NCBI RefSeq assembly: GCF_003918875.1
Contig: NW_025765431.1
Location: 1 to 64,000 of the forward strand
DNA length: 64,000 bases
Reading direction: 5' to 3'
Source of the DNA: Haliotis rubra
Lineage: Eukaryota
How positions within the stretch are numbered: position 1 is the first letter of the stretch; every line of letters begins with the position of its first letter. Positions 36,813 to 49,400 of the stretch are shown here, one piece after another. A program made the translations under genes and the position numbers. The notes below the pieces were generated by a model. It did no database searches and had not been told where the DNA came from. It saw only the letters and a program-made list of their open reading frames with translations.

Positions 36813-39800
36813 TCACGACGTAGTTGTGTAAAAGGCCTCTTTTGGCAGTGGCTGGAGCCAGAGATAAAGAGCATCCATCACCGACACCGGCAGAAAGTTG
36901 CGTAGTCGTGCCATCATCTACAAGAAATACTACAAGCTACACTGACGTATATATATGGCGTTAGTTATAACCGTGGCTCAACTAAACCAGTTTCTAATGT
37001 GTTTATGCTATTATGAATGTGTGGTTTATCTCTTGAAGCATTCACTAAAGCTGTCACGATGTCAGTCCATCTTTCTCCTTACCTTTACTATGACGCTGAT
37101 ACGGCTTGATATATCATCGGATCCTCATACTCCAAAGGACTACAACTAACCTAAAGATGATGCTATTGAGGCGAAAAGGCCACCCATGGCTCCATTTGCC
37201 TTGTGACTGGGGTAAAAAGGGATTGCTTACCTGCAAGTGCAGCCATGTTTGCAGTAAACAAGTTTGGGAAAAAGTAGTTTCAAGACGAAGTTGTATGTCT
37301 AAGAACGGTGACCATGTAACAGGGTGTTACTTACGCACAATACGTCAATTCTGTTACGAATGCCATCGACGAGGTATCGATTGTCTGGGGTTGTGCTCAG
37401 TATGGCATCCTCAAATGCATCCAGAACACCTTTAAGATCTTTGTCAGAGGATCCCCGGGTTCATCTTAGGGACGCGCATATATGTGTCTAAATATTGTTG
37501 TCCATACCCTGCCCGTATCTCGTCATCTACAGAGTCTATTAGCTGTTGGTACGCCTTCTTTTGGCGCTGAACCTGTGATTATAAATAAAATGTATCTTGA
37601 TCTCACCCAACCTAAACGCCTCTGTGTTAAGGTACATGTACTGTATGTAATACTGGGTGCAGCTCATGAGACAATGCACCAGAACCTATACCTGTTGGTT
37701 TGGTTGGTTGGTTGTTTAACGCTGCACAAGGCAATATTCCACCTGTGTGGCGGTAATCTGTAAATAGTAGAGTCTGGACCAGACAATCCAGTGATCAACA
37801 GCATGAGCATCGATTGCTGAAGACCAATTCTAACCCGGATATTTACGGGTGTCCTCTACCTGTATGTACTTGCTGCTATTAACGCAAAGTCTGTGAATGC
37901 AAGATGATGTCACGTATGAACTGACATACCTAATAACAAGGAAGATACACACTGAACACTTCTGACATTCAAAACATCAATTTTTAACGGGTATGAATGC
38001 ATAGTTGTCAAAGAGGCGTCCTTCATTGCTGCATGTATACGTTATGTGAACAATTGTCGGACACACGTAACAAATAGAAATATAAAACACAATTTATCAT
38101 CAGAAAAATATTGGAATATTGTAGTCTTAGCGGCTGTACCAAATACATGCACTTTTTAATACGTTTTGTAAAAGATTATATCTTTAACGGAACGTGTTTT
38201 ATACAATTTCATTTAATTAATGTTTACTTAATTGGTCATGATTAAAACCATACTGTACACACTCCATATGTAAAACTTTAAGCAATACGTACGTTCTCCA
38301 CACTAAATAAGCCAGTGCTTTGGCCAAAACTTCCTGGTTGTACAAGGATGACCTTGACTCCGAACCTCCTCATCTCCAGCCTCAAACAATCTGTGAATCC
38401 TTCTCCAGCAAACTTACTCATGACGTAAGCTGAGTGACCTGGGCCCGCCAGCAGACCACGCACACTGGTCACGTTGATAACACGTCCTGAACAAAAGGTC
38501 ACAATATTGGTCATTTATGGAGATAAAAATCTGTCACTCCTCACAGGGAGACATGGTGACATGGAGTTGTGTGGAATGGCCTGGTGTAATGACCGTAGTA
38601 TTTATGTCACTATTACTTCAAAACTGTGATTCAACTCAGTATAGAAATAATATATAAAATCATATTTTCTCACCTTTTCTTTGCCTGACTAGAGGTAGAA
38701 ACGCCTTGCACATTCGAACCATACCAAAGAGATTTACTTCTGCAACTCTCCTATATATAGTCATTGTCTGTATCTCCACATCCCCTGTGTATAGTATGCC
38801 AGCATTGTTTACCAAGGCCCATAATCCTGAAACATAAAACCTGTATCAATATTACAGTTAGGTATACAATTTGATACATTGTGTATATTAGCTCAAAACT
38901 GGTATAACTTTAAATAATTGTCTGCAAAGTTTGCATTAACCATTTATAGATTGTAAGTTAATTATGTTGTTTTACTGAGTGACCTTTCGGTACACATAGT
39001 GGTTAACCAGGGGTAAGTGGGTTAGTTTGTCCCGCTCAAGACTCATGTTTGATTCCCCACAGGAGGAGCGTGTTCAGTTACAAGTGTCCCTTCAGGTGTG
39101 CCTTGAATACTGCTGAAAGCAGCGATAAACCACATCCACATCTAAATAGCTATTCATTGTCAGGAACCATCAAGATGATATTTTGACACAATGTACATAC
39201 ACATGAACAACGCCAATGAAATTAAGCTCAGGTCATTGTCAAGGTCTGAAATTGTCTGAAGCATGTATCAACAAAGAAAACGTTTAATCATGTTTTGCAA
39301 AATGGTGTATAATGTTCAGTCATACGTCAGCAATATGTGTTTTCAAAAGCCATTGATTTGAGGTATTTGGTTGTTAATTTGGCTCGGTACTTTATTAATA
39401 AATTATCCCTATGCTTTGAGGTAGTCAGTAGCATATTAACATATCAAATGTATTTAAGACACCCCAATGTACCTTCTTTGTTACATAGCGTCTTTACCCT
39501 CTGAAGACATGAAGCAACACTTTCATCCGAAGTTACGTCAAGCTGTAAGACACTCATGCGCCTGCTCCCTGTTGTCTTCAATTGTTTGGCACCGTCACTT
39601 TCCTCAGACAGACACGCGGCGATGACGTTCAGTCCCTTGGTGTCCAGTAGTCTAGCGAGGCTATTCCCGAAGCCTGTGTATGGCAAAAGTCTATATGTTT
39701 GGCTTACAACAGGAACTTATGATTTGGGGCCAATATCTTGTGTACCAATATTATTGAATTATTACATGCTACCCGTTTCCTACCCTACAACTACGTTTGG

Positions 39801-41075
39801 CTTAAAAACAATAACGTTTTGGACTCAATACACATAGTTTTATATACGAGGAGTGTTCAAGAAGTTTCCGGCCTTATCATGAAAAATACGATATGTATGA
39901 ATATCTTTCTACCTATGTTTCAACATAGTCATCCTTGACTTCTGTACACTTGATCCAATATTTCTCCAACATTTGTAACCCATCCGAAAACCACAGTTTG
40001 TCACGTGACCCTAAAATGTCCTCCATGGCAGTAATAATGTGTTCATGTGTCTTAAATGTGCTGCCTCGGAAAAAGCGGAAAGAGGAAACAGTCAGAGAGC
40101 GCTAGATCTGGAGAATAACCTGGACGTAGGGGGTGAATGAAAGCAAGGAAGGTAACTCCGCCAGTAGTTATTCTAGTGGACAGGTGATTCAAGAAGTATA
40201 TTTAGAGTTAACTCACCCGTCCCTTCACTCGGCTGAACAGGAAGCTGACAGGGGTAATGAAGACGAAGAACGATTTGATATGCCAAGAATGGCGCTTAAA
40301 ATGTTTAATGAAATATATTCACGTGAGTAATTATTAAATATGAGGTTGGAAATGTGTGTCTACCTTTGATATTTTATTTTGATATTAAAAATATTTTTCG
40401 AACTGAAGCGAGGGAAGTACGTTTCCAACCTATTGGCGCTACAGCTTGCCTGTGAATCAGCACAGCACTGATTTACTGTACTATATGAAGGGCAAGTATC
40501 ACCTAATGTTTGTGGCATGTCTTCATGAATGTGCTTGAGAGTATATACTTTTTTAAAATTTTGAGCAGCTGTTGAGAGTAAATGGAAAGGAAGTGAAGCT
40601 TGACAGGAGTATATATGCAGTTCTAGTTTGTGCAATTCAAGCTATTCATGTTACCGTCATGCTTTAATCCTGATCTATATACACAGGCAGTTTGGTTGTG
40701 TCTGGGAGATCCGTTCATTGTCAGGCCGGAAACATCTGGGACATCATTAGTAAATCACTGAATCACACGGTCCTGCTGTTACATTAGGTCTTCCAAACAC
40801 TGTTTTAATACACAGTCTAAACTTATACCTGTTTTTTTTAAGAGACGTGAAGACTTACCTGTGTCACACCCTGTAATAAGAACGTATTTCCCTTGTGTGT
40901 CGACCATCTTTGTGCCTGCTTTGCGTATAAACCAGTAACTGACAGAAAATGCACCACAGAGTAGACAAAGGTTGAGCACATGTCCCCATAATGTGACAAA
41001 TACCAGTACTACAAATAACACGCATAAAATGGTCACAGATACCACTGGACCAAGCATGTCCACCAAACTATGCAT
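36813..41075 (-). CDS. SDR4: SDR9C-type dehydrogenase, close paralog of SDR3 with the same +1 frameshift; exons 40859-41075, 39473-39673, 38674-38826, 38293-38486, 37335-37572, 36813-36917
   Basis: Same motifs as SDR3; exon 5 is 238 nt with an in-frame TGA at 37444-37446. Confidence 0.88.
39847..40750 (-). mobile_element. Degenerate mariner element in SDR4 intron 1
   Basis: TA-flanked imperfect TIRs sharing GTTTCCGGCCT; internal [19 protein letters not shown] resembles a mariner transposase N-terminus. Confidence 0.75.
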
Positions 41076-41904
41076 GGTCTACTTCGGAGAACTGCCTTCC
41101 CTTTCTCCACTATAAGAATCCTGTGTTGCGGCAACTGTCGTAAGGTTATTGCAACTGGGCTAATTCAGCGATAGGCGCACTGTAGTGACACATTGAATAC
41201 TGCAACAGTTCTGTTAAGCCCCTGTGACCTAATTCGTGTTATCTCGGCAAACTGCTTGATCTACTTTCAGCTCCCCTAAATCCAGGGTTACAAAGACCTT
41301 ATGCCTTGGCACGTTGTTCGAACCTTCGTTCGTCCGACTGTTACAACACCTGAATGAACAACACTTTCTCAGGAATTTATACCATATCATGAGCTGTGTG
41401 ATGTGGTCACAGGTTACTAATCTATTTAAGGATATTGTTCGGACAGCTCAGTTGAAAACTGCAATTTTCATATAAGAACAGCAAAGTTTAATTTATTGCG
41501 AATATGAGTTCCTGTAACAATGCTGATATCACAATTTCGAAAACTTCTTCTGGAAACCTAAAGGGTAGTGACACAGGAGTGTAACATCCATGGCAACCGC
41601 CATAGCGCGTATAATTAATGACGGTAAGTAAACTGAATTCCAAAAGAAACGTGGATATTACAATTGTTTGAAAGTATTTGAAATGAAACATGTTGAGGCA
41701 AAGTGGTATGTGTTCGATGTTCAGATAGGCATTCTGGTCACTGTTCTGATGATACCGAAGTGACTGCTGATGGAGGCCATATTCGACACTGAAATGTTCT
41801 TTCCCATGACCCATAAGTGACGTTACCAAATGACGATGTCATACTGACAACATCAAGACACAGTTCTGGTTATAAATATGATGTGGTAGTGTGTGGCCTT
41901 GTGC

Positions 41905-42251
41905 ATTGTGCTCAGGTCACAAATCAGTTGAAGTTAAGCAACGCTGGGCGCGGAGAGTTATTGCATGGGTGACCGTGTTTGGCAGCTTGACTCCTGAGAG
42001 TTTCTAGGATTTTAGTCCTGCCCGACATGTGATACATATAGTCTCACCTAAGGCAAGTGAGTTTGTTCAAAATTGCCTCTGTTTACCCAGCAGAACATGG
42101 GTACTTGGCGGGATATGATATGTGGCTATTAACCTTCTAGCGCCTCACAAACAGCTTGGGTTATCTGGGGTAATAATGATCTGATTGTGCGCTTTGAGCA
42201 GGATGTGAAGCCTGGAAAGGCGCGTTATAAATATTCACCATTATTTATTAT
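41905..42251 (+). mobile_element. 5S rRNA-derived SINE (5S head, Deu/Nin-like core, L2-like tail); duplicate at ~50812-51158
   Basis: gaagttaagcaacgctgggcgcgg...tgcatgggtgaccg (41930-41975) resembles the 5S internal control region; then ctctgtttacccagcagaacatgggtac; tail gcgctttgag...ggcgcgttataaat...tttattatt. Confidence 0.72.
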
Positions 42252-42521
42252 TTCAAAAGCAAACATCAATATCTTCATTCATCACTGTATCAAAGCTTTA
42301 CTTTATTCGCGTTCGTTTGGATTCGAGTATATATATATTTCCTCGAGAAGCCTACGCATGTATAATTATGTCATTGAGACATTTACAGTAGCAATAACAA
42401 CTATTAGTCACTTTTGTTAAGTTCACGTTACGGATAAACGATCACTCGTGAAGATATCCAGCTGCACATTTCCCCAGCCATCGTGTTGATGTGTCGGTCA
42501 CTTCGACGCCGTGTATATATA

Positions 42522-43493
42522 CTAGCCACATAAAGAAACTGTGCATTATCAAAATATTATCCCAGTTGATAAGTACGATAACAATGTCAAAGGTACATAT
42601 AAACTTTAATGGAGGGATCATGAGACCATAACAAGTCGGGATAATTTCAATTGAAAAGTCAATCACAATGACGTCACGAGTCCACAAGCGGGACAGGGGT
42701 CAAATGACCATGTCACAAGCTCAATAACGGGTATATCCACCATCGGCATTGAGAACAGCAGTGCATCGACGATGCAGAGAGCCTATCAAACGTGCATGGA
42801 AAGCTTGTGGGATGTCACGCCAGATTCTCGCAAGTTCTGTTGCAAGGCCAAGGATGTTATCTGACGTCGTGGTCTGATCCCGTGATGACGTAAACGTTGT
42901 CGAACTGTGTTGGGGTGGATACGGCGAAGTCCTGGGATGGTTCGGGCAGTCATCACTGCAGTCTGAAACCTGTGGCGAAGGTGGGTCACCCTTATCCATC
43001 TGTCCTGTCTTGGCGTTGTTACACGTGGACGTCCAGAACGTGGCCGATCGATGACGTCATTTGTGTTCTGATAGCGTCTCACCAGTGCAGAAATGGTGTT
43101 CCGGTGGCAGTGGAAATGTGCAGCCACTTGTCGTTGAGACATTCCCCCACGGACCATCCCAATGGCCTCATGACGTTGTGCAGTCGTGAGCCTTGGCATG
43201 CTATGCGTTTCAATAGCCGTTTAATTTTTTGAACGATTGCAAGGGCAGGGGTTGAGCTTTCCAAAGTGACGGAATTGTGGCGCATTCATTTGCTCTGTTT
43301 CTCTTTCCCGGAATGCACATGCAACAACGTACTGCACGTCTCAAGGACGAACCCACTGACGTCATGGAACGTGGCACGTGCATGCATGTTGGATACATGT
43401 CAATAATCTCTGAATTTAAATCCTTATGTGTCTACACAGGTTTGATAAATTTACATTTTAAATTTTTGTATGCACAGTTTCTTTTAGGCCTAG
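42522..43493 (-). mobile_element. Tc1-family internal-deletion derivative with TIRs and TA target duplication
   Basis: TA|CTAGCCACATAAAGAAACTGTGCAT ... ATGCACAGTTTCTTTTAGGCCTAG|TA. ORF 42786-43199 encodes the HTH DNA-binding region (GRPRVTT) joined out of frame to the C-terminal ...GGYTRY; the DDE core is deleted. Confidence 0.92.
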
Positions 43494-43633
43494 TATATTT
43501 GAAAGAAACTTAAAACAGGACGAGGCCACCCACACATGAAAAATGGATTCGGAAAATGATAAAATACCTTTATTAAGCACTCCTGAGCATTAACTAAATT
43601 CATTTACAAATGTTTATTTGCACGTCAGCTTCT

Positions 43634-46484
43634 TCAATGCCTAGAAGTTGTACTTGCATAGAAAGCTTCTTTTGGCAATGGACGCAGGTAGAAATACAAT
43701 GGATCCATAATAAATACAGGCAGGACATTTCTGAGGCGAGCCATCGTCTGAAAGGTTAAGACAAGTTTGGATCATGTACATGCATGTGGAAAGATATTAA
43801 GAAGCATTAAAGGCAAATACAACAAGAAATTATACCGGAGGTTCAGTACGTTTTCCAAATGATGTTTAAATACCAGAATATATTTCACAGATTTAGTTTT
43901 TACATGGTTGATGAGCAATCAAATTTGTCCATATTGAACATATACTTCATACACATTGTTCTTCACTCACACAGTCGCCGTCCACCCTCTGCCCATCAAC
44001 AAGGTAGCGACTGTCTGGCCGGCAGCTAAGTATGGCATCTTCAAAGGCATCAAGCATTGGTTGGATGTCCTGGTCGGAAGACCCTGGGCGCATTTTTGGC
44101 ACCCGCATGTATGTGTCCAGATAGTCTTGCCCATACGCTGTCCTTATTTCATCGCTGACATTATCGATCAGCTTCTTGCTCAAAACTTTGTATCGTTCAA
44201 CCTGTTTGGGGGGTGAATAAAATGCGAACATATAACTAGTTATCAACATAAACACATAAAGATATTAGCATGCATTTACCTGATGAAGGGGCAAGAAGTA
44301 GCCCAGAAACGGCGTGTTGTAAATAATGAAGAAGTTGTAAATCAACACCGCACGTTGTTATGTTACTCTTAAATGCCCATCAAACATGTATTGTTTGAAA
44401 GAATTCATGCCAAATCAAACTATATAGGAAGCGTAAACACCAGAGAATAACCATTCTCGAATTTCTGCCAATTCCATTTGACGTTATTGGCAAATTGGAG
44501 AGGGGGAAAATGATAGGAATAGATAACAACAGGTGTTCAATAAAGATATGGAACATATTCTATTGTAAATACATAGCATAGCAAAGAACCAACAACCGTA
44601 CGTTTTCTTCATTGAATAAACCAGTGTTGAGCCCAAACATTCCGGGTTCCACGTGAATGACCTTGACTCCAAACCTCCTCATCTCTAGCCTAAGACAGTC
44701 GGTAAAACCCTCAAGACCAAATTTACTCATGACATAGCCGGAATCCCCACAGAAGGCTTGTAATCCTCGGACGCTTGTGACGTTAATAACTCTGCCTAAA
44801 ACACAAACGTCATATGTTGGTAATCATTAATATGTGACTATCTGCATATCAATGGGCATTTTCAAAGAATAAATAAAATAAATCTTCAAAGTTGCTCTCA
44901 TATCCACAACTGAAAACAAGCAAACGTAGCTCACCTTTACATTTTCTAACAACTGACAGAAAGACTTTACACATTCGTACAGCCCAAAATATGTTGACGT
45001 CTGCAGTTCAAGCAAACGTAGCTCACCTTTACATTTTCTGACAAGGGGCAGAAAGGCTTTACACATTCGTACAACCCCAAATAAGTTAACTTCTGCAATT
45101 CTCTTATACGCTTCCATGGTCTGTATCTCCACATCGCCTTTGCAGATTATCCCAGCATTGTTTACCAAGGTCCACAAACCTGAAAAAAGAAACACAGCAT
45201 CACAATGACTAAAACGGTAATATTTTATTTGTCCTCTTCAAAATGTTCATATCAAAGGTTTGGATGTGAACGACCAAATGCGTGGTGTACCAGATTATCA
45301 TTTGGTGTCGAATGTAACAATTCGGCCAATATGCGAGGCAAAGTGGTTGGAACAAAAGTGATACATTCTTTTATGTACTGAATTGTTACAAAGAAAATGT
45401 TACAAACTTTGTAAACCAATTCAGCCATGGTATAATAGTAATGTACGTTTCGATGAAGGTTGCGTTTTTGTTATTCATGTGCGTGCTGCAAAAAGCTAGA
45501 TATGCCATAATCCAAAACGACGCGAACATTTCAATTCATCTACAATGATGTCTTCGAATTCATCCCAGAAATGCCCTAATGTACCTTCTTTAAAACATAT
45601 GGGCTTGATCTGTTCAAGGCAGGCAAGAACGCTCGCATCCGAACTGACATCCAGCTGTAAAACACGCATATTCTTGCTTCCATCTTTCTTCAATAGTTTT
45701 GCTCCTTCACTTTGTTCAGAAAGGCATGTAGCAAATACCTTTAAACCTTTGCTATCAAGGAGTCGAGCAAGACTATTTCCAAAACCTGAATCGAGAAAAC
45801 GTTCATGTAAAATCTCTATGCAATGACGCTGATAGATTACTTTGTACGTGCTCAGCTTCGGTGACTACGCCGACACACCATGTAACAAACGATCAAGCTC
45901 ATACAGTATAGATAAGATTAAATTGGAAGATATATTTTCACTGTCAGCACTTTGTTCATCTTCCTCTCTTTTAGAGTCTTGGTCATCGCTCTCACGTTTA
46001 TTAATTGTCATCACTCTCACGTTTATTAATTGTCATCACTCTCAAATCATTAATTGCCATCAGTCACAATTGTGTTTATTTGGCCATCATTCTTACGTTT
46101 ATTAATCGTTATCACTTTCACATATTTACCTGTCATCACTCTGACATTTTTATCATGTCGTTTAATCGGCTTCAGTCTCTTATGTTCATGAATGGTCATC
46201 ACGTTTAGAAGCTTATTCACAGTTATAATCCTATCGTTATGTGAGGTCGTTACAAACTAAACCTTACCTGTGTCACAACCTGTAATGAGTACATATTTCC
46301 CTTGTGCATCAATCCTTCTTGCTCTTGCTCTTCGAATTAGCCAGTAGCATACAAAAATGCCTCCGGTAAGAAGAAAACTAGCAATAGTCAGTCCACATGG
46401 TGACACGTACATCAGAAAAAGGGCTAACACACAGAAAAGCAGCTCGGTGGCGCCGAGACCAACCCTTTCAACACAGCGAGTCAT
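43634..46484 (-). CDS. SDR5: SDR9C-type dehydrogenase, intact; exons 46268-46484, 45585-45785, 45027-45179, 44602-44795, 43971-44201, 43634-43747
   Basis: ITGCDTGFG, LWTLVNNAG, NVTSVRG, YVMSK; in-phase GT-AG junctions; AATAAA on the minus strand near 43570. Confidence 0.92.
44274..44324 (+). ncRNA. Hammerhead-ribozyme-like motif, probably degenerate (duplicate at 53180-53230)
   Basis: ATTTAC-CTGATGA-A-GGGGC aagaagta GCCCA-GAAA-C ggcgt G-TT-GTAAAT: core boxes plus a 6-bp stem I and a 4-bp stem II; the stem II closing pair is mismatched. Confidence 0.45.
45980..46210. repeat. Degenerate ~25-bp tandem repeat in SDR5 intron 1 (copy at ~54890-55115)
   Basis: Recurrent gtcatcactctcacgtttattaatt variants. 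Confidence 0.7.
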
Positions 46485-49400
46485 CTTTAAACAGAAATGG
46501 GCCAGTATTATTCTTAATGAAATCATATATCCCTCTTTTACAATATGTAGTTCATTTCCACAATCGTTTTCAATTAAAGGTTGTGTTATGTCAATGAGGA
46601 ATATACGGACAATTCGTGTCAGAAAACGGGTCTATGTCAATGTCCTCATATCTGTCTCAACCTATTACTTATGAAGCAGAATTATTGCAATTTACCTGTT
46701 TCAACAATGAAAAGGGAAAAGCTGGTTCATCGACGATGAATTTGTAATGAATTGAAAACATTCGACTCAGCACAACTTCACGTCACCTGTGCTATTTTCG
46801 TATAACACTATCTATCACTTGCTAGATAAAACAACAAATACACAGTTTGTTCTTCTTAATAGTTCGAAGTTTGGAAGTAAATATGTGACAGTTAAGGACG
46901 CAACTCAGGCATGCAACTTTAATTTTAACTTGATAACAGATGTTTACAGAACACCTACAAAACACTTGAAAGAAGACTCACCTCGACATTCAACCGTCGT
47001 AATCAGTAACCGTTGACCTGCCAGATTAAAACCACCACGTACACCTCTATTAATAGCCGTTGACCTACGCATCTTAGCGGTCCGGGTTGGTGGGACAAGT
47101 ATTATGATCAACTAGTTCGCTCGTCACACCGAAGACCCGTTTTCGATCACCCAAATGGGTGTTTAGGTAAAATGACTCTACATATGTGTCAACCGGAGAG
47201 CGGAAGGTCGCGAGTACGATCCCCGACCACGTCATACCTAAAGACGTTAAAATATGGTACTTGTTGGTCCCTGCCTGGCGCTCGGCATTAATCGGTGCAA
47301 CAAGGACTGGTCGGCTCGGAGTCAGTATAATGTGTCTGAGTGGGGTATTCACGCTTCACTACGGCATGGTATCCCAGTGGGCTAGCACTATAAAACCTTC
47401 TTAAGTCTGGGCTAGTACAAGCAGCCGCACATACACATACACACGCATGCACGTCGTCATATGAGCGACATATTCTCAAGCACGACGTTAAACCCACTTT
47501 CACCTCACCTCACTTCACATATGTGTCAATAATTTAAAGGGGTGTTATAGAAGCTAAGTGGTTAAATCGTCTGTTTGTCACGCCGAAGGCCCGAATTCGA
47601 TTCCCCTCATGGATACAACACGTGGAGCTCATTTCGGTGTTCCCCGTTGTGATATTGCTAAAAGCGGCATAAAATCACATCCACTCACTCTTAGCATTCC
47701 ATTAGTATTAGACTCCACTCGGCATATTTCGTTAGCTATAGATATACCTCGCACACCAAAGGCGTAATTCACTGTAACCCGCTAGTGGAACAAGTAGGTT
47801 AAACAACGTTGCCACCTACCTTGAGTGGGTGAGTGAGTGAGTTTTACGCCACGTTTAGCAATATTCCAGCAATATCACAGCAGGGGACACCAGAAATGGG
47901 CTTCACACATTGTACCCATGTGGGGAATCGAACCCGGGCCTTAAGTCTGACGAGCAAACGCTCCCGGACATCAAGAAATGTCTTACTGGTAAATACCATC
48001 GAGTATGCAGCTTGTTACATAGCAACATTTAAGACGTAAACAAGACCCCCACACGGGGTTGTATGTTGAAAAGGCAGTTTATGGCTTCTAAAAGCACATT
48101 TGATATATGATCAATCAGTGCATTCGTATGCGGTGTCCATGAGGCGGGACTACGATGATAGTGCATGTATATTCCATTCATAATTGCAGTGAGTATGGTT
48201 TTAAGTCGCTTTTAGCAATATTCCAGCAACATCACAGCGGGAGGACACCAGAGATGGGCTTCACACTATGTACCCATGTCGAACGGCCTTCGGCGTCATG
48301 AGCGAACATCACACTCACTGGGCTACCCCACCAGCCCTCATATTTGGAGAAATTGGAACCAAGTAGTAACAAATCCATGTTACCAAACAGTGTTTTACAT
48401 GATATGATTGACACATGAATTAGTGAAACTAATCACAAGGATGCCAAAATGACAGAGATGAGTCGCAGGAAATGATCGTCAGGAGTTGACATTGTGGACA
48501 AACAAGTAAATATTTATATTATCGTAATAAACAGCAACTCACCCCCACCTGTACAATCTGTTCAGAATATACAAACACAATAGTGCCACGTGTAAGCGTT
48601 CTTCTACACGCGTTTCAATGATTTTAATATACCTATATAATGTGCTACAGTACCGCATGGTGAACGATGCATTCATTTGTCAACTCATCAATACGAGCTT
48701 TGCTCAGTCTCGATATATATACAAGTTTTGATATATTTAACACAACTAATCGTAGTGCTTATTTTGTGAACTGAAATTGCATATTTCAGCCAGATGTCGA
48801 AACCTCAATGAGAAATACATACTCTAATACAAGCACTCCTATTAAGCACATTGTTATTGGGCAAAATGTATCACTTTTTAATCATTGTTATACGGTAGAG
48901 ACAATAGGCACAAAGGCAGTTTCCACCTACTACCACATTGGTGCTGTTATTTGACTACGGGTACTCGGTTGTACAAGGCTTATTCAAGGAAATGCTGGAA
49001 TGCAGGTTTGGCCTCTGAGCGTGAGTGAGTGAGAGGATTGGATTTTACGCCACAGCAATATTCTTAGTCTGTCGTACAGACCCTGAAGTAAATATATCCA
49101 AGAAAGCCCATGCAAGTCTAGAAAATGTGGCAAGTCTAGATTTCCTCAGCTTCAGGATGAAGAAAGTCTCAGGGCTCTTTTTCATTATATTTTTTATTTT
49201 TTTACTATGAACTTTTTTTCAGTACAAATGTTCATTTTAGAGACTAGTTCATTTTAGAGACTAGTTGTTAGTCTACAATATTCTGTATACTGGGGGATCA
49301 CATTGTACCCATGAGGGGGAATCGAACCTGATCTTCGGCGGAACGCATTTAACAGAACAGTGCTGTCGATGACATTTATTTAGGACTTGTCTGCGTAGTT

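Noticed and set aside
37446-37460. Vector contamination (AGAGGATCCCCGGGT matches the pUC polylinker BamHI-SmaI stretch)
   Set aside because: The match is only 14-15 nt, sits collinearly in coding sequence of two paralogs, and no other vector sequence is adjacent. Noted only as a context where consensus calling could be biased.
41930-41975. 5S rRNA gene
   Set aside because: Only the internal control region matches; the 5S termini and oligo-T terminator are missing and a SINE body follows.
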